From: Oscillospiraceae bacterium
GTDB taxonomy: Bacteria; Bacillota; Clostridia; Oscillospirales; CAG-382
DNA length: 64,000 nucleotides
Direction: 5' to 3'
Assembly: GCA_015065165.1 (NCBI GenBank)
Contig: SVQU01000009.1
Location: forward strand, 66-64,065
Of this stretch, positions 46,961 through 56,231 are shown piece after piece. Numbering within the stretch: position 1 is the first letter of the stretch; the number at the start of each line of letters is the position of its first letter. A program made the translations under genes and the position numbers. Under the pieces are notes generated by a model that was not told the DNA's origin, made no database searches, and saw only the letters and a list, made by a program, of their open reading frames with translations.

Positions 46961-49645
46961 ATGAACTTGGCAAAACGTTTAATTGCTTTGGCTGTTGTTG
47001 CGGTTTTGCTTGCTTCCTCTTGCATTTTTGTAAGTGCGGCAATGCTTACCTCCAAGGGCGGTCATAACGTAACCAGCGACGGCGCGGTAGTTTATAAAAA
47101 ATTCAGCGCTGCCGGTGCACATACCGAAGATGCAACCGTGCTTGAATTTAACCCTAAAAACGGCTATATTCCCGTTGCATTCGACGGAGCACCCACCAGC
47201 GTTGCTTCTATCCCCACCCAATACAGCACCGCTGTTAATACTTACGGCTATGAGGTTGCAGGCGTAATCAACGCAGGCTACTTCACCATGTCCACCAGCA
47301 CTCTCGAGGGTATGGTTATCACCGACGGCAAGCTTGTTGCCGCTACCAGAGGTGCGTCTACCATTGTTGCTTTCGGTAACAACGGCAGTATGGATATCGT
47401 TACCACCCAGCCTAAATATACCGTTGGTATCAACGGCAAAAGCCTCGAAAACCCCATTTGGTTCTTCAATAAGGAATATAAGGATGCAGGCTCTACCGAA
47501 AGAGGCGCTTATATGTTCTATTATGACTACAGCGCAAACGCAAAGACCTCTTATTCCGAATCCGGTACCGAAGTTCTTTTCGAAAAGCTTGACAATTCCG
47601 AGCTTTCTTACGGCGAAACCTTGGTTGGTAGAGTTGTAAGCAAAAAGACCTCTACCACAGGCAGCACCACTATCGCTAAAAACCAGTTCGTTCTTTTTGC
47701 AAAGAACGGCTCTACCTATGTAAACGAGCTTAACTCTCTTGCTGTGGGCAATAAGGTTACCATTAACATTACCGAAACCAACGCAGGCGCAGTTACCGTT
47801 ATGAACAACGCAAACAGCGTTCTTAACAATATCGACTATCTTGTTAAAGACGGTCAGAACTACACCATCGGCAAAACCTCTGTGGGCGGACATAACCCCA
47901 CAACCACCTATGCACGTTGGACTGCATACGGCGTTAAGGCAGACGGCACCTACGTATTCCTTACCACCGAAGGCGGCTCTACCGGTGTAAGCTCCCGTTC
48001 TCTTACTCTCAGAAACGTTGCCGATATCCTTATCGAGCTCGGCTGTGTAACCGCAGTTCGTCTTGACGGCGGCGGAAGTACAGGTATGTACGTTTCCAAC
48101 ACAGGCTCCGGCAACGCAGGCTGGGTTATGACGGGTCAGCGTTCTGTTGCAGATACCATTCTCGTTGTTAAGAAATCCAGTATGCACGATGCAACTCTTG
48201 AAACTAAGTTGAAATCTGCAATCGCCACCGCAAAGCAGACCGCAGGCTCTAACGCAGGTATTCTTAAAGCAATTTCCGAAGCAGAAGCAATGATTGGCAC
48301 CAACGCTACCGAAGGTCAGCTTCGTAAGGCTATCATCAGTCTTTCTCCCAAGGCAATGCTCGGCGCGGCTCTCGCAAAGTGCGACGTTTTGAACATCGGT
48401 GAATATACCGAAACCGACCTTGCGGCTCTCCGTACCGTTTACGATGCAGCAAAGGCTGTTTACAATTCCGATTCTGCTACCGATGCTCAATATTCCGCAC
48501 AGACCACCAAGGTTTACTCGGCATTGGATAAGAGCGCGAACGTTATTCTTTCCGCAGGCGCGGCTTACACCACCACCGCACCCAACCGCGGCGACGGACA
48601 CGACGACGACAAATATCGTCTTACCGACGGCACAAAGGGCGGCTTGGACCTTTCTCAGTACAGCTATTCCGGCTGGAACGTAAATTCTCTTTCCAACCGT
48701 ACCGTTAATATCGACGTAGACCTTGGCGCAGTTCAGTCCTCCAACACCTTTACCGTTTATATGGCGGCAGGTATGTGGGGTATCGGCGCACCCTCTGCTA
48801 CCTTAAGCGTTTACACCTCTACCGACGGTGTTAACTACACCTCTCTCGTAGGTACTTCTACCACCAGAACCTCTGTGGGCTCTGCTGTTGTGGGCTCCGA
48901 AACCTGCAATACCTATACCTACACCGTTAAGAGCAACTCCAACGTAAGCGCACGTTACGTTAGATTCGCCGTTAAGAACAGCGTTAACTTCACCTGGATT
49001 GACGAGGTTGAGGTTTCCCGCACCAACGGCAACGCAAGTAACGTAGTTACCAATTACACCAAGATTCAGAGCTTCAATACCAAGATTACCGCGGGCTCTT
49101 CCACCATCTTCACCCCCGATATGGGCGCGCTCACTCAGAGCAATGCAAACCACACCTGGTCCAGCAATATTATTTGCGAGCTTCAGTCCGACGGCAGCTA
49201 CGTTGTAGTTGAAAACGTAAGCTGGCATGCAGACAGCAACAAGACTATCACTCTTAAGAGCAACCAGATTATGATTTGTGCTCACAGCGATCCTACCGTT
49301 GCGGGAAGTGCTGCAAACGCATCCAACTTGGGCGCGGCGCAGGTTGGTCAGGTTCTTAAGGTTTACGGTATCGACCTTGCAAACAAAACAATCAGCGCGG
49401 CTGCATACGTTCAGTTTGAAAATCCCGCCGAGCCCGAACCCGATTATTACCTTGGCGATATTAACAACAACGGCAGCTTCGAGGCTATGGACTACAACCT
49501 TCTTAAGCGTGCATATTTCGGCGTTTACGGGTTGGCTATCGAAGCAGCGGGCGACCTTAACGGCAACGGCGAAATCGATGCAATCGACTATGCTATGCTT
49601 AAGCGCGCATACTTCGGCGTGTACCCCCTCGATTGGATTAACTAA
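46961..49645 (+). CDS. secreted phosphodiester glycosidase (NAGPA/DUF2233-like) with discoidin-like module and dockerin
   Basis: 894-aa ORF with AAGGAG RBS and a signal peptide. 'AGVINAGYF...GMVITDGKLV' and 'VTAVRLDGGGSTGMYV' fit the phosphodiester-glycosidase fold. It has a discoidin-like module ('ARYVRFAVKN..WIDEVEV'), a module shared with the GDPD paralogs, and C-terminal dockerin repeats 'GDINNNGSFEAMDYNLLKRAYFGVY' / 'GDLNGNGEIDAIDYAMLKRAYFGVY'. Confidence 0.7.
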   Translation: MNLAKRLIALAVVAVLLASSCIFVSAAMLTSKGGHNVTSDGAVVYKKFSAAGAHTEDATVLEFNPKNGYIPVAFDGAPTSVASIPTQYSTAVNTYGYEVAGVINAGYFTMSTSTLEGMVITDGKLVAATRGASTIVAFGNNGSMDIVTTQPKYTVGINGKSLENPIWFFNKEYKDAGSTERGAYMFYYDYSANAKTSYSESGTEVLFEKLDNSELSYGETLVGRVVSKKTSTTGSTTIAKNQFVLFAKNGSTYVNELNSLAVGNKVTINITETNAGAVTVMNNANSVLNNIDYLVKDGQNYTIGKTSVGGHNPTTTYARWTAYGVKADGTYVFLTTEGGSTGVSSRSLTLRNVADILIELGCVTAVRLDGGGSTGMYVSNTGSGNAGWVMTGQRSVADTILVVKKSSMHDATLETKLKSAIATAKQTAGSNAGILKAISEAEAMIGTNATEGQLRKAIISLSPKAMLGAALAKCDVLNIGEYTETDLAALRTVYDAAKAVYNSDSATDAQYSAQTTKVYSALDKSANVILSAGAAYTTTAPNRGDGHDDDKYRLTDGTKGGLDLSQYSYSGWNVNSLSNRTVNIDVDLGAVQSSNTFTVYMAAGMWGIGAPSATLSVYTSTDGVNYTSLVGTSTTRTSVGSAVVGSETCNTYTYTVKSNSNVSARYVRFAVKNSVNFTWIDEVEVSRTNGNASNVVTNYTKIQSFNTKITAGSSTIFTPDMGALTQSNANHTWSSNIICELQSDGSYVVVENVSWHADSNKTITLKSNQIMICAHSDPTVAGSAANASNLGAAQVGQVLKVYGIDLANKTISAAAYVQFENPAEPEPDYYLGDINNNGSFEAMDYNLLKRAYFGVYGLAIEAAGDLNGNGEIDAIDYAMLKRAYFGVYPLDWIN

Positions 49646-49666
49646 AGCAAAATAACGATATGCCCA

Positions 49667-49697
49667 AAAGGACGGAGGCTTTCCCTCTGTCCTTTTT
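49667..49697 (+). terminator. rho-independent terminator
   Basis: AAAAGGACGGAGG-CTTTC-CCTCTGTCCTTTTT. Confidence 0.75.
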
Positions 49698-49728
49698 CTG
49701 TTTTGAAAATATTGTAAGGAAACCTAAT

Positions 49729-50118
49729 GTCATCCCAAGCGAAGGTGATTTTTAATCACCGTAGCCGAAGGATATAGGCAACCTTTTTCGGTCGGTCGAG
49801 GACGCCCGACCCTACAAATAATGTTAAAACGGGCGATTCGTGAATCGCCCCTACCATCTTGAGAGTGGGCAATCTTATTGCCGTAGCCGAAGGATATAGA
49901 ATGATGAAGAATGAAAAATGAAAAATGAAAAATGAAGAATGAAGAATGAAAAATTGAGGTAGGCTTTCGGATTTTTTCCTCCGAAAGCCATTTTTATTTT
50001 AAAATATTGTAGGGGTGGGCGTCCTCGACCACCCGCAGGATAACGTTACGTATAAACCCACGTTAAAGCTTGTATCCTTCGATTGCGTCGGTTGCGCCGC
50101 CTCGGCTTGGGATGACAG
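49729..50118. repeat. dense cluster of REP-like palindromes and short repeats
   Basis: GTCATCCCAAGCGAAGG..CCGTAGCCGAAGGATATAG occurs at 49729-49777, partially at 49867-49900 and inverted at 50071-50118. GGTCGGTCGAGGACGCCCGACCCTACA is at 49790-49816. GGGCGATTCGTGAATCGCCCCTAC is at 49831-49854. TGTAGGGGTGGGCGTCCTCGACCACCC is at 50008-50034. Confidence 0.7.
49899..49954. repeat. 7-bp tandem repeat A(G/A)AATGA, ~8 units
   Basis: AGAATGA TGA AGAATGA AAAATGA AAAATGA AAAATGA AGAATGA AGAATGA AAAATTG, read directly from the sequence. Confidence 0.8.
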
Positions 50119-50238
50119 CGCAAAAAAATGCTCCCGCCGTTTCTGCTGTTTTCGGTGAGGAACGAGCCAAAAATATATCGAAAACATATTAAACATATAA
50201 ATAAATTGTAAACTTCGATTTAACTCCGCTATCCGCCA

Positions 50239-50267
50239 TTGACAAACACGTAACACCGTGATATCAT
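50239..50267 (+). promoter_or_regulatory. sigma-A promoter candidate
   Basis: TTGACA (50239-50244), 17-nt spacer, TATCAT (50262-50267). The same TTGACA-17-TATCAT layout occurs at 61018-61046. Confidence 0.55.
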
Positions 50268-50302
50268 CAAGTTAACATTATAACATAAAAGGAGATACAA
50301 AT

Positions 50303-53300
50303 ATGAAAAGATTAATTTCGTTTCTTGTTGTTGCCGCCATGCTTTTATCGCTTTTTGCGGTTGCACCTGCCGCGGCAGATTATGACACAACGGGAAATAT
50401 CGCGCTTGGCTGTTCCTATGAGGGAACGGGCTATGCGGTTTCCGGCGGTATGTGGCCTGCGTCCTACAACGCAAACCTTACCGACGGTTTGACAGCCACA
50501 GACCTTTACGGCACAGACAATTGGTTTGGTTTTTCCAGCAGCGAAAGCGACAACGGTATTAACGCTCCCGACAAAATCGGCGTCGTTATAATCGACCTTG
50601 GCGAAATTAAAAGCTTCAAATCCATCAAGGTTAACACCTTTGTTGGAAACGAATCGGGCATTACCAGACCTGAAAAAATCACTGCTTACGTTTCTGACAC
50701 CCGCGACGGTGTTTTCGAAACCCTTGGAGATTTCCAATACGGCGAAGTTGTAAATAATATCGCTTGGGCTATCCTTAACGCCGAAGCTTCCGGCAGATAT
50801 GTAGCTATTGAGGTTGAACTCGGCAGCGGCGTGTTCGCTTTCATCAACGAAGTTGCTGTTTACGAAGAAGAATCTGACGGCATCATTGAAGACCAGCCCG
50901 ACGTTCTTCCCGAATACAACGAAGCTTACGCTTATGACACCACCGGCAACGTGGCTCTTAACAAGACCTACGATGCTAAGGGTTACAAGCGCGGCGGCGA
51001 ATGGCCCGTTAACTACGTAGCTCCCCTTACCGACGGTCAGGCTTGCAACGAAGTTAAGTTCGACAACAACTGGTTTGCTTTCTGCACCAGCGCAGGCGAC
51101 TACGGTCCTAACACTAACAATGGTATTGGTACCGTTACCGTTGACCTCGAAAAGGTTCACAATATCGATTCTATCAAGGTTAACACCGTAGTTGGTAAAA
51201 ACGTTGAGGGTTCAGGCATAAACGGCCCCTATAAGATTTCCGCTTACATCAGCGATACTGCTGACGGAGATTTCACCTATCTCGGCGACCTTACCATCGG
51301 CGAAGGCGTAAATGGCGTTGCTTGGGCAGAGCTTTCTACCGAGGCTACGGGCAGATTTGTGAAAATCGAAATAATTCTTGACGGTTTTTTCGCTTTCATC
51401 AACGAAATCGCTGTTTACAGCGAAGATGCGAGCCAAGACGGTCCCTCCAAGCCTACCAACGACCAGGTAGATCCCGATCCTAACCCCGACCCCGAACCTC
51501 CTTTTGATGAGCTTCTCGGCGAAGAAAACGAAAACCCTGCGTTTACAATGGATATCACCGCGCCCGAAAGCTATGCCGCAGGCGAGGAGGTTGTTGTAAC
51601 CGTTACGGTTAATAACGCGAATACCGCCCTTCAATACGTAAATGGACATCTCTATTTCGACACCGACGTTCTTGGCTTTGACTTTGGATTGACAGAAGAC
51701 AGAGAACTAAGCGGTTCTCTTGTTGAATTTGCGGAATGGGAGGATTTCTGCGCCCTCAAAAAAGATGAAAACGGCAATTGGTACGTACGCATTCAAGCGC
51801 TCACCGCCGGTGATTACGATAATGATGGTAACTATATCTACACTGACAACCTAAACGACGGAGATATTACGTTTAACATCAAGTTCGTCGCCCTTGAGGA
51901 TGCAACCGATGACACTGTTGTATATATTCCTCACAACACCGTTATTGGTGCTTACGTAGACCCCCAAACCTACGAATCCTTCGACTACGTTGGTAACGGT
52001 TCCTTGGCGGAAATCAGTAAGGGCGAATCCAACGGTGCATACAACGGCCCGTTGACCTTTGAACTTGCGGAAAACGGCGAATATTACATCGTTTCGTATT
52101 GTGATGAAGAAGCAGTTTCGGTTGTTATTCCCGAAACCTACAACGGATTGCCCGTTAAGGAAATCGGCAATGATGCGTTCTGTTACTGCACTGAACTTAC
52201 CGACGTTACAATCCCCGATACCGTAACAAAAATAGACGATTATGCATTTGCTTTTTGCTTTAATTTGAATAACGTGATGTTCTCCGAAAACCTAACTTCT
52301 ATCGGTGAATATGCATTTGAAAGCTGCGACCTTTACAGCATATATATTCCCGATTCGGTTACTGAAATCGGATATCTTGCTTTTGACGGCAACTCGTATC
52401 TTACAAGTATAACCGTCGAAGACGGAAACCCCGTATATCATTCCGCGGGTAACTGTCTTATCGAAACCGCAACCGGAGCTCTTATTAAAGGCTGTAACAA
52501 GAGCGTTATTCCTGACGACGGAAGCGTTAAGACTATCTTCAATCATGCTTTCGCTTATTGCTACGGCTTGTCAAATATCAATATCCCCGATTCTGTAAAG
52601 TATATTCATAGCGAGGCGTTTATAAGCAGCGGGCTTGAAAAAATAACCATACCCGATTCGGTAGAGTTTATCGGCGATTTCGCTTTTTACGCTTGCGAAA
52701 ACCTTACCAAGGTAGAAATTTCCGCTTCGGTTGAAGTTATCGGAGTATACGCGTTTGTTTGCGGCGAAAGCCTTGAAAGTATAACCGTTGAAGACGGAAA
52801 TGAATTTTATCATTCTGCGGGAAACTGTCTTATTGAAACCGCAACAAAAACTCTGATTGCAGGCTGTAAAAACAGCGTTATCCCCACGGACGGAAGCGTT
52901 GAAATTATTGGCGATTATGCATTTTTCGGCGCTTGCCATTTAACCAGCATTACAATTCCCGAAACCATTATCTCTATTGGCAAATATACTTTCTATGATT
53001 GTTTCGGCTTGACGAGCATAATAATTCCCGATTCCGTGGAATTTATCGGTGAATACGCTTTTGCTTGGTGCTATAGCCTGACCGATATTTATTGCGAAGC
53101 CGAATCTCAACCCGAGGGTTGGGCAGTTAACGGTTACGATGATTATTTGGAAGAATGGCATGGTAGTTGGAATGACGATTGCGATGCAACCGTTCATTGG
53201 GGCTGGGTTATTGAAAACGACAACTCCTCTGACGTAGATTCTTCCGACATCGTAGATTCCTCCGACATTGAAGATTCCTCCGACATTGAAGATTCCTCCG

Positions 53301-53542
53301 ACGAATCCGACAACTCCGACATAACCGAACCCGAACCCGAAAAGGTTAACAAGGGCGACATTGACGGAGACAGCGATATCGATTCTATGGACTATCTCTA
53401 TCTTAAGAGAGTATACTTCAGCCAGTATAAGGTTGACGACATTACAATAGGCGATATCGATAACGACGGAGTAATCACCAGTATGGACTACCTCTATCTT
53501 AAGAGAGTATACTTCAGCCAATATATAATTAAGGAAAACTAA
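50303..53542 (+). CDS. secreted discoidin x2 - cohesin-like - BspA-type LRR - dockerin protein
   Basis: 1079-aa ORF with a signal peptide. It has two ~165-aa discoidin/F5-8-type-C-like modules ('YDTTGN(I/V)AL...NLTDG...DNWF(G/A)F...SIKVNT(F/V)VG...FAFINE(V/I)AVY'). A cohesin-like beta-sandwich segment 'NPAFTMDITAPESYAAGEEVVVTVTVNN...LYFDTDVLGFDF...ITFNIKFVALEDA' lies at about 51535-52020. LRR_5/BspA-type repeats ('IPD(S/T)V..IG.YAF..C..L') lie at about 52050-53100. An Asp/Ser linker follows, then dockerin repeats 'GDIDGDSDIDSMDYLYLKRVYFSQY' / 'GDIDNDGVITSMDYLYLKRVYFSQY'. Confidence 0.7.
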   Translation: MKRLISFLVVAAMLLSLFAVAPAAADYDTTGNIALGCSYEGTGYAVSGGMWPASYNANLTDGLTATDLYGTDNWFGFSSSESDNGINAPDKIGVVIIDLGEIKSFKSIKVNTFVGNESGITRPEKITAYVSDTRDGVFETLGDFQYGEVVNNIAWAILNAEASGRYVAIEVELGSGVFAFINEVAVYEEESDGIIEDQPDVLPEYNEAYAYDTTGNVALNKTYDAKGYKRGGEWPVNYVAPLTDGQACNEVKFDNNWFAFCTSAGDYGPNTNNGIGTVTVDLEKVHNIDSIKVNTVVGKNVEGSGINGPYKISAYISDTADGDFTYLGDLTIGEGVNGVAWAELSTEATGRFVKIEIILDGFFAFINEIAVYSEDASQDGPSKPTNDQVDPDPNPDPEPPFDELLGEENENPAFTMDITAPESYAAGEEVVVTVTVNNANTALQYVNGHLYFDTDVLGFDFGLTEDRELSGSLVEFAEWEDFCALKKDENGNWYVRIQALTAGDYDNDGNYIYTDNLNDGDITFNIKFVALEDATDDTVVYIPHNTVIGAYVDPQTYESFDYVGNGSLAEISKGESNGAYNGPLTFELAENGEYYIVSYCDEEAVSVVIPETYNGLPVKEIGNDAFCYCTELTDVTIPDTVTKIDDYAFAFCFNLNNVMFSENLTSIGEYAFESCDLYSIYIPDSVTEIGYLAFDGNSYLTSITVEDGNPVYHSAGNCLIETATGALIKGCNKSVIPDDGSVKTIFNHAFAYCYGLSNINIPDSVKYIHSEAFISSGLEKITIPDSVEFIGDFAFYACENLTKVEISASVEVIGVYAFVCGESLESITVEDGNEFYHSAGNCLIETATKTLIAGCKNSVIPTDGSVEIIGDYAFFGACHLTSITIPETIISIGKYTFYDCFGLTSIIIPDSVEFIGEYAFAWCYSLTDIYCEAESQPEGWAVNGYDDYLEEWHGSWNDDCDATVHWGWVIENDNSSDVDSSDIVDSSDIEDSSDIEDSSDESDNSDITEPEPEKVNKGDIDGDSDIDSMDYLYLKRVYFSQYKVDDITIGDIDNDGVITSMDYLYLKRVYFSQYIIKEN

Positions 53543-53555
53543 TTCCATAAACGAA

Positions 53556-53588
53556 AGAGCTGACACAATATGTGTCGGCTCTTTTTTG
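53556..53588 (+). terminator. rho-independent terminator
   Basis: AGAGCTGACACA-ATAT-GTGTCGGCTCT followed by TTTTTGTT. Confidence 0.75.
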
Positions 53589-53627
53589 TTGCCGTGGCTA
53601 TGGTGAAAACAACCCAAAATATTTTAC

Positions 53628-53656
53628 TTGAATAATGGGAAAACCTGTGTTATAAT
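53628..53656 (+). promoter_or_regulatory. sigma-A promoter candidate
   Basis: TTGAAT (53628-53633), 17-nt spacer, TATAAT (53651-53656). Confidence 0.55.
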
Positions 53657-53686
53657 GATAAAAAAGCAAAAAGGAGTATATAGTTT

Positions 53687-56038
53687 ATGAAAAAATCCAT
53701 CAGATTGCTTTCGGTTTTGTTGGCTGCCGTTATGATTACCGCCGTAATACCCTTCGGCGCAATGGCAACCACCACCGCTTTGAAAAACAAAACAGTTCTT
53801 GCCTTTGGCGATAGCCTTACGGCATTGGGCAACCCCACCTACGTAGGATACCTTTCGGATTTGTTGGGTATCAACGTTATTAACGCGGGTGTCGGCGGTA
53901 ATATGACCGCCCACGGTAAAGCGCGTTTCCAAGCCGACGTTCTCGATAAGAATCCCGACGTGGTTCTTATGTGCTTCGGTATGAACGACCAAGCCTGCAG
54001 CCTTCCTTCGGGCTATTGCTGGTCCTCTCCCGAGGTTTACCGTGCGGATATGACCTATTTCATCACCGAGCTTCAAAAGACCGGTTGCGACGTAATCCTT
54101 ATCACTCCCAACCCTGTTTGTGATGAAACCGGTTATTACGTTGCTCCCGAAGACTATACCTATAACTATCCCGGTTCGTTGGATAAGTTTGTAAAGGTTA
54201 TGCGCGAGCTTGCCCTTGAATTCGATTGCACTCTCATTGATATGCACCAAGAATTTATGACGGTTAAGGCAAGTAATATTGCTACCTATAAGAGCTATTA
54301 CGCCCCCAACGACGGTATTCACCAAAGCCAGCTTGGCAGACAGTTCTGGGCAGAAAAGGTTAACGCTCATCTTAACGCTGTTTATGATAACGTAAACAAA
54401 AAGACCATAACCGTTAACTGCGTTGATAAAAACAATAACGTTATTAAAACCTATAGCTATGTTGGCGCAAACGGTGCAAACGTTGTAATTGCGCCCCCCG
54501 CTATTCCCGCCTTCTCTACCGATAGTACGGCTGTGTCGGCTAAATATGGTACAGACAGCACCGTTACCTTCACTTTCGAGGCTAAAATCACTCCTTTGTT
54601 AGAGGCTGTTGAAAATATCGACGAATCCAAATACAGCGCAACCGCACTTTCTCTCATTCGCAAGGAATATAACACCGCGAAGAGCCTTCTTGCCGCTGAA
54701 AATATCGATTTTGAAGCGTTGGAAAAATGCGCTCAGGTTCTTGAATATTACCTTTCGGTAAACGGCGACGGTACCCTTGTTATCTCCTTGGGTAAGAGCT
54801 ATACCAGACCTGAACCCAACTATTATAAATGGGACAGCGCAACCGGCGGCCCCAGCACCGAGCTTAACGAGATGTATTCCGACGACTTTATTCGTCTTAC
54901 CGACGGTAAGAAGGGTATAGTTCCTGCCAATACAAGCGCATATTCCGCATGGCAGAGCAACGCCGATATCGTTGTGGATCTTGGCGAGGAAACTGCTTCC
55001 AACGTTTACCGCGCTTATTTCGCTTCCGGAATGTGGGGCGTTGCCGCACCTGCCGATATGAAGATTGCTTATTCCAACGATAAGACCAATTGGACTTATA
55101 TCGAAAAGGCATTTGTTAAGACCGATGTTGTTTCGGGCGGCGCCGACGCGTGGAGCTCTACCGAATATTCGGTTACCGCAGATTCCGAAATCACTGCAAG
55201 ATATATCAAGTTCGAAATCACCAAAACAGGTTCTTTTGTATGGATGGACGAGGTTGAGGTTGCGGTTAAGGGCAACGTTGAAGAAAAGTTTAACCTTGCT
55301 TACAACAAAACCTATGAAAAATCGCCTTTGTTCAGACAAAGCAATATAACTTGGGATTGGGACGAAACCTTCCCCGAGGCATATCCCGACGAGGGCGGAA
55401 TAACCCTTACCGACGGCAAGACCAATTCCATTAACGACCTTGGCGACGGCGCTTGGGTTGGCTTTAACTCCAAGACACCTATTCTCGAAACCAACTATAA
55501 CTACATCCGTGTTGACCTTGGCGACGTTTACGGCTTGACACAGCTTGACCTCCACGTGGGCAGCAACGGTCTTGGTTACGGTATTACCGCGCCCAACGTT
55601 GAATTCTTCGTTTCCGAGGACGGCGAGACCTACACCTCTGTGGGAACTGCCAACGGCGCAAACGGCGGCGCATATACCGAGCTTCTTTCGGTTGAATGTG
55701 AGGTTAACGCCCGTTACGTAGAAGCTCGTATTACCAGCATAGGCTGGGCGTTCGTTTCTGAAATTTACGCTTATGGCGGAGATTTGTTTGACGATAAAGA
55801 GCCTACTCCCGACCCCGACCCCGATCCCGATCCCGATCCCGATCCCGTTGTTATGAAGGGCGATATTAACGGCAACGAGGAAATCGATGCGGTTGACTAT
55901 GCAATGCTTAAACGCGCATATTATGGTATTTACAGCGTGGATGTGAAGGTTGGCGATATTAACGGCAATGAAGAAATCGATTCTGTAGACTACTCGATGC
56001 TTAAACGCGCATATTACGGTATCTATCAAATTCAGTAA
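53687..56038 (+). CDS. secreted SGNH/GDSL hydrolase with two discoidin-like modules and dockerin
   Basis: 783-aa ORF with a signal peptide. SGNH blocks 'VLAFGDSLT' (I), 'NAGVGGN' (II), 'MCFGMNDQ' (III) and 'NDGIHQS' (V). Discoidin-like modules ('ARYIKFEITK..WMDEVEV', 'ARYVEARITS..FVSEIYAY'). (PD)n linker. Dockerin repeats 'GDINGNEEID(A/S)VDY(A/S)MLKRAYYGIY'. Confidence 0.8.
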   Translation: MKKSIRLLSVLLAAVMITAVIPFGAMATTTALKNKTVLAFGDSLTALGNPTYVGYLSDLLGINVINAGVGGNMTAHGKARFQADVLDKNPDVVLMCFGMNDQACSLPSGYCWSSPEVYRADMTYFITELQKTGCDVILITPNPVCDETGYYVAPEDYTYNYPGSLDKFVKVMRELALEFDCTLIDMHQEFMTVKASNIATYKSYYAPNDGIHQSQLGRQFWAEKVNAHLNAVYDNVNKKTITVNCVDKNNNVIKTYSYVGANGANVVIAPPAIPAFSTDSTAVSAKYGTDSTVTFTFEAKITPLLEAVENIDESKYSATALSLIRKEYNTAKSLLAAENIDFEALEKCAQVLEYYLSVNGDGTLVISLGKSYTRPEPNYYKWDSATGGPSTELNEMYSDDFIRLTDGKKGIVPANTSAYSAWQSNADIVVDLGEETASNVYRAYFASGMWGVAAPADMKIAYSNDKTNWTYIEKAFVKTDVVSGGADAWSSTEYSVTADSEITARYIKFEITKTGSFVWMDEVEVAVKGNVEEKFNLAYNKTYEKSPLFRQSNITWDWDETFPEAYPDEGGITLTDGKTNSINDLGDGAWVGFNSKTPILETNYNYIRVDLGDVYGLTQLDLHVGSNGLGYGITAPNVEFFVSEDGETYTSVGTANGANGGAYTELLSVECEVNARYVEARITSIGWAFVSEIYAYGGDLFDDKEPTPDPDPDPDPDPDPVVMKGDINGNEEIDAVDYAMLKRAYYGIYSVDVKVGDINGNEEIDSVDYSMLKRAYYGIYQIQ

Positions 56039-56043
56039 AAAAC

Positions 56044-56231
56044 ATATTTTCCAAGGACAGGCGCCTTGGAAAATATACCTATGACGTTCGCGAGCTGTAA
56101 AGGGGGACCCTGAAAATCGGAAGATTTTTAGGGCATTACAGCGAGGTGCGAACGCACGAACGTCAAAAGGAAAAACGTAGTTTTTCGTCAAATCAATCAA
56201 AATGCTCGCATTTTGATTGAGAGCGTAGCGA
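56044..56231 (+). repeat. structured interspersed repeat, copy C (family 'S')
   Basis: H0 ATATTTTCCAAGG-ACAGGCG-CCTTGGAAAATAT (56044-56076), then ATACCTATG. P1 is 56083-56090/56157-56164. GCTGTAA/TTACAGC encloses CCCTGAAAAT..ATTTTTAGGG (56108-56133). H4 is 56194-56219 and the tail AGAGCGTAGCGA ends at 56231. Confidence 0.7.

Noticed and set aside
46979-48601. 540-aa minus-strand ORF (also 48803-49285, 53624-54370, 54599-56284, 50345-51160)
   Set aside because: Codon-aligned antisense shadows of the dockerin-cluster genes.
49899-49954. CRISPR array
   Set aside because: These are contiguous 7-bp units with no spacers. Likewise the 63155-63390 repeat is an in-frame 15-bp coding repeat. No cas genes are in the window.
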